64,000 nt of DNA from Mobula hypostoma (Eukaryota): assembly GCF_963921235.1 (NCBI RefSeq), contig NC_086097.1:172486001-172550000 (forward strand), in the 5' to 3' direction. The position numbers and the translations under genes are program-made. The notes beneath the pieces were generated by a model, which was given only the letters and a program-made list of their open reading frames with translations, searched no databases and was not told where the DNA came from. Every line of letters begins with the position of its first letter. The stretch's first letter is position 1. Shown here piece by piece: positions 60,883 through 64,000 of the stretch.

Positions 60883-62429
60883 TCTTGGTTTTTGCACCAT
60901 ATTTATCTACCTGCATTAATTTTTCTCTAAACTGTAACTCTATTCTACAGTCAGTTTTTTTTTTGATCCTTTTGTACTATCTTGACTGATCTGTCATGAA
61001 ATATAGGCAATGATTTGGCTGGATAGCATGCAGAAAAAAGCCATGGTACATGTGATAATATTAGACCAATTCCAATGATCAATTAACCATATTTACTCCC
61101 AATCAGCAACCCTGTCCTGAGGATGTGAAAAATGCACTCTCAAAACATGTCCTTCTTACTGTCACTTAGCATGGACTGAAGTGAAATGTGGTAACATTTA
61201 GTAAAATCCTTATCTGAGTCCAGAGGTTATCTTCCTCACAGCCATGCACAAATTGCTAGATAAATCACTCAGCTTCAGAAATACACCAGGGTTCATTCAT
61301 AATCATAGAGGTGGGTTGTAAATCACCCTCTTCTCTCTGCCCTAAATGCCTGATGTAACAATGTAAAGGATTTCCACTCTGCTTCAGAAATTCAAATTTA
61401 GAATTTAATCGAAACAAACTTCAGAAATCAATTCCAATGTGCATACATTACACCTTGATGTGTTTATCTCCTGTGATAAAAGGTGACCTTCTACACATGG
61501 ACACAAAAGACTCTGCAGATGCTAGGAATCCTGAGCAACACACTCAGATTGCTAGAGGAACTCAGCAATTCAGGCAGCATCTATGTAGGGGAATAAATAG
61601 TCAACTTTTCAGGCTGAGATCATTCATGAGGTCTGGAAAGGAAAATTGCAGAAGCCAGAATAAGAGGATGGGTGGAAGGGGAGGAGTTGGTAATGCAGGC
61701 TATTCAATCCATCCTGCCTTTTCTAGCTCCTTGATTCCCTTGGTAGTCCATATATTTTAATACTTAATTTTAACTGTTGATAATTTCCCTTCATGGAGGA
61801 TCCTATTAAATCTGCTTCCAGATCCCAACCAGAGAAAAATATTAGCCTAGCTCTTTGGCTTACCTTTTTGAAATGGGGCACTTTTAAAAAGATGGGTCAC
61901 TCTTCTGATATCCCAAGGAGAGCTGCAATCAGGTTAAAAGCAAATTCACAGTGTCATGCAGCACTGCAGCAGGCGCTTTCACCCACCCTGTCTGTACTGG
62001 TGACCATCAGCACCTTGAAGACAAAAGGCAATTGCACGGGTACCTGGATAAAAAGGTTTTAAAAGGTTATAGGTCAAACACTGGCAAATCAGACCAGTTT
62101 GGGTGAACATCTTGTTTTGCGTGGATCAATTGGGCTAAAAGGCTTGTTTCTATGCCATATGAAACTGTGACTCTAAGGACTTATTCATACTCATTCAACT
62201 GTAATATACAATGGTGTTCCAAAGGCTACTTGCAATGGAGATGACTGATATCAGATGTGTGATATGTTTGGTGAAATCTCCCCAACTCTGCTAAAGTTTT
62301 GATTGATGCTTGATGCACTGGACACTATTTCGTGCTTTCAAGACATTGGACATCTAAATCAAACTATCCAAACCAGGCTCTCATTGCCATGTGTCAAACA
62401 AACAGTAACTTCCAAACAGCTTGATAAAG

Positions 62430-63830
62430 CAAAACAACAGTGCAAGAGCTGGCTATTAACTTCAAAAACGCACACATTCCTGTACGTATAAACTGTGTTC
62501 AGGGTGAAAGGATTGAGTGCTTCAAGTTTCTAGGTGGAAACATCACCAATAGCCTGTCCTATGTCTTCATCAACTCTTACCAGTTTTCACTGATGCGCCA
62601 TAGAAAGCAATCTGTCTGGATGCATAATGGCTTGGTATGGTAACTGCTCTGCACGTAACCACAAAAACCTGAGGAGTTGTGGACACAGCTCAGCAAAACA
62701 CAGGAACCAGCCTCCCCTCTGTAGACTCTGTCTATACTACTCACTGCCTCAGTAACGCAGCCAGCATAATCAAAGTGCCAGCACATCAAACATTTTCTCT
62801 TCTCCCTCTCCCATTGGGCAGAAGATATAAAAGCCTGAAAGCATGTACAACCAGGCTCAAGGACAGCCTCTGTCCCACTTGTATCAGACTCTTGGACACA
62901 CCTCTTATGCGATGATTCAAGGTTGTTCAATGCCATTTCCAGTACACAAGTGTAAAGGAGAATGAAATAATTATTACTCCAGGTCCAAAGCAGCACAAAA
63001 AACACAAGAAGATAAAGAACACCATAATTAAAAAGAATAATAAATATTAATACATAAGATATTTTATATACATATATTTGATTGTATGTCCATAAAGTGA
63101 CGCTAGGCACAGGAGTGTCTGTACATAAGATAACTGACAGTAGTGGTGGTGGGGGGGGGGGAGGTTGTGAAAGAATAGGTTAGTGGGTGGAGGTCTACCG
63201 CATTATGATCTTGCACTTCATCTTTTACACTTTATTCTGCATTTTTAAACCTTATTCTAGCTCTAAGCAATGACTTTCCACTTTATCTTACGACATGAGA
63301 CAACAGTAAACCAGTACAAATCAGCCTTACTGCTTAGGGAAAGTGACTGCTTTTGAGTCTGCTGGTCCTGGCGTGAATGATTCATAGCCTTCTCACTGAC
63401 AGGAGTAGGACGAGCAGGGTGGGTGGGATTCTTCGTGATATTACTGACCCTTTTCCGGCACCTCTCTGCATATATGCCTTGATGTTGGGTAGGTTGGTGC
63501 CAGTGATGCATTGGACAGTTTTGACTACCTGTTATAGGGACTTCTTGTCCGCTATACTATACAGTGATGCAGCATATTAGGATGCTCTCTACTGCACACC
63601 TGTAGAATGATGTGAGTCTAGATGTGTATAGTGCAGCTCTCTTCGGCCTCCCCAGTAAGTAGAGACAATGCTGAGGTTTTTTGATGGTGTAGGATGTGTT
63701 CTGGGATCATCAGAGATTGTGCGAGATTTGCACTCCCAGAGGTTTAAAACTGTTGTCATTTACAGTATCTTAAGTACATTGCTGTGCTACTGATGTAAAG
63801 AGAGGTGTGAGATGTGCCTGTTCTCCTAAA
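62430..63830. mobile_element. Cluster of decayed Rex1/Babar 3' fragments in both orientations
   Basis: ORF 62679-62915 (LPLGRRYKSLK, +) and ORF 63263-63511 (CRKRVSNITKNPTHP, -). Confidence 0.7.
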
Positions 63831-64000
63831 GTCTGATGGTCTCTTGGCCCCACCATCTACCTCATTATGATCTTGCATTTCATCATTTACCTGCACTGCA
63901 CTCTTTTGGTAGCTTTTACACTTTATTCTGCATTGTTTTTTTAACCTTATTCTAGCTCGATGCTTTGTGTAATAATTTGATTTGTATAAACACTATGCAA

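Noticed and set aside
61864..61922. 59-nt minus-strand exon candidate (SPWDIRRVTHLFKSAPFQK)
   Set aside because: Splice signals are plausible, but it is too short and unrecognised to support.
1..64000. Prokaryotic systems (CRISPR arrays, operons, retrons), rRNA or genuine tRNA genes
   Set aside because: The sequence is vertebrate repeat-rich DNA; no repeat-spacer array is present and the tRNA-like segments are SINE heads.

Overview
Eukaryotic, repeat-saturated (intronic or intergenic) DNA. The repeat families point to a cartilaginous fish, probably a ray (inference): CR1/HER1 LINEs with (TTCTATG)n tails, HE1-type V-SINEs, Rex1/Babar, RTE, L1, Penelope-like elements and solo LTRs. No intact host gene could be identified, only weak exon candidates. 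The main result is a decayed endogenous foamy-virus-like (Spumaretrovirinae-like) provirus at about 43.05-52.8 kb that the ORF track largely hides. It has a foamy-type gag on the minus strand (inverted relative to the rest), then on the plus strand RT thumb/connection, RNase H, integrase, a foamy-type env with a large internal deletion, a short env-LTR region, a polypurine tract and a long putative 3' LTR. Other points of interest: a young Penelope element and fold-back derivatives carrying minimal hammerhead ribozyme motifs, an L1 with a twin-priming-type inversion, a 109-bp templated duplication at a CR1 5' junction, and a MER2/Tigger-like MITE. Protein comparisons were made by eye against prototype foamy virus (PFV) sequences recalled from memory; no searches were run. 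Boundaries of old repeats are approximate.
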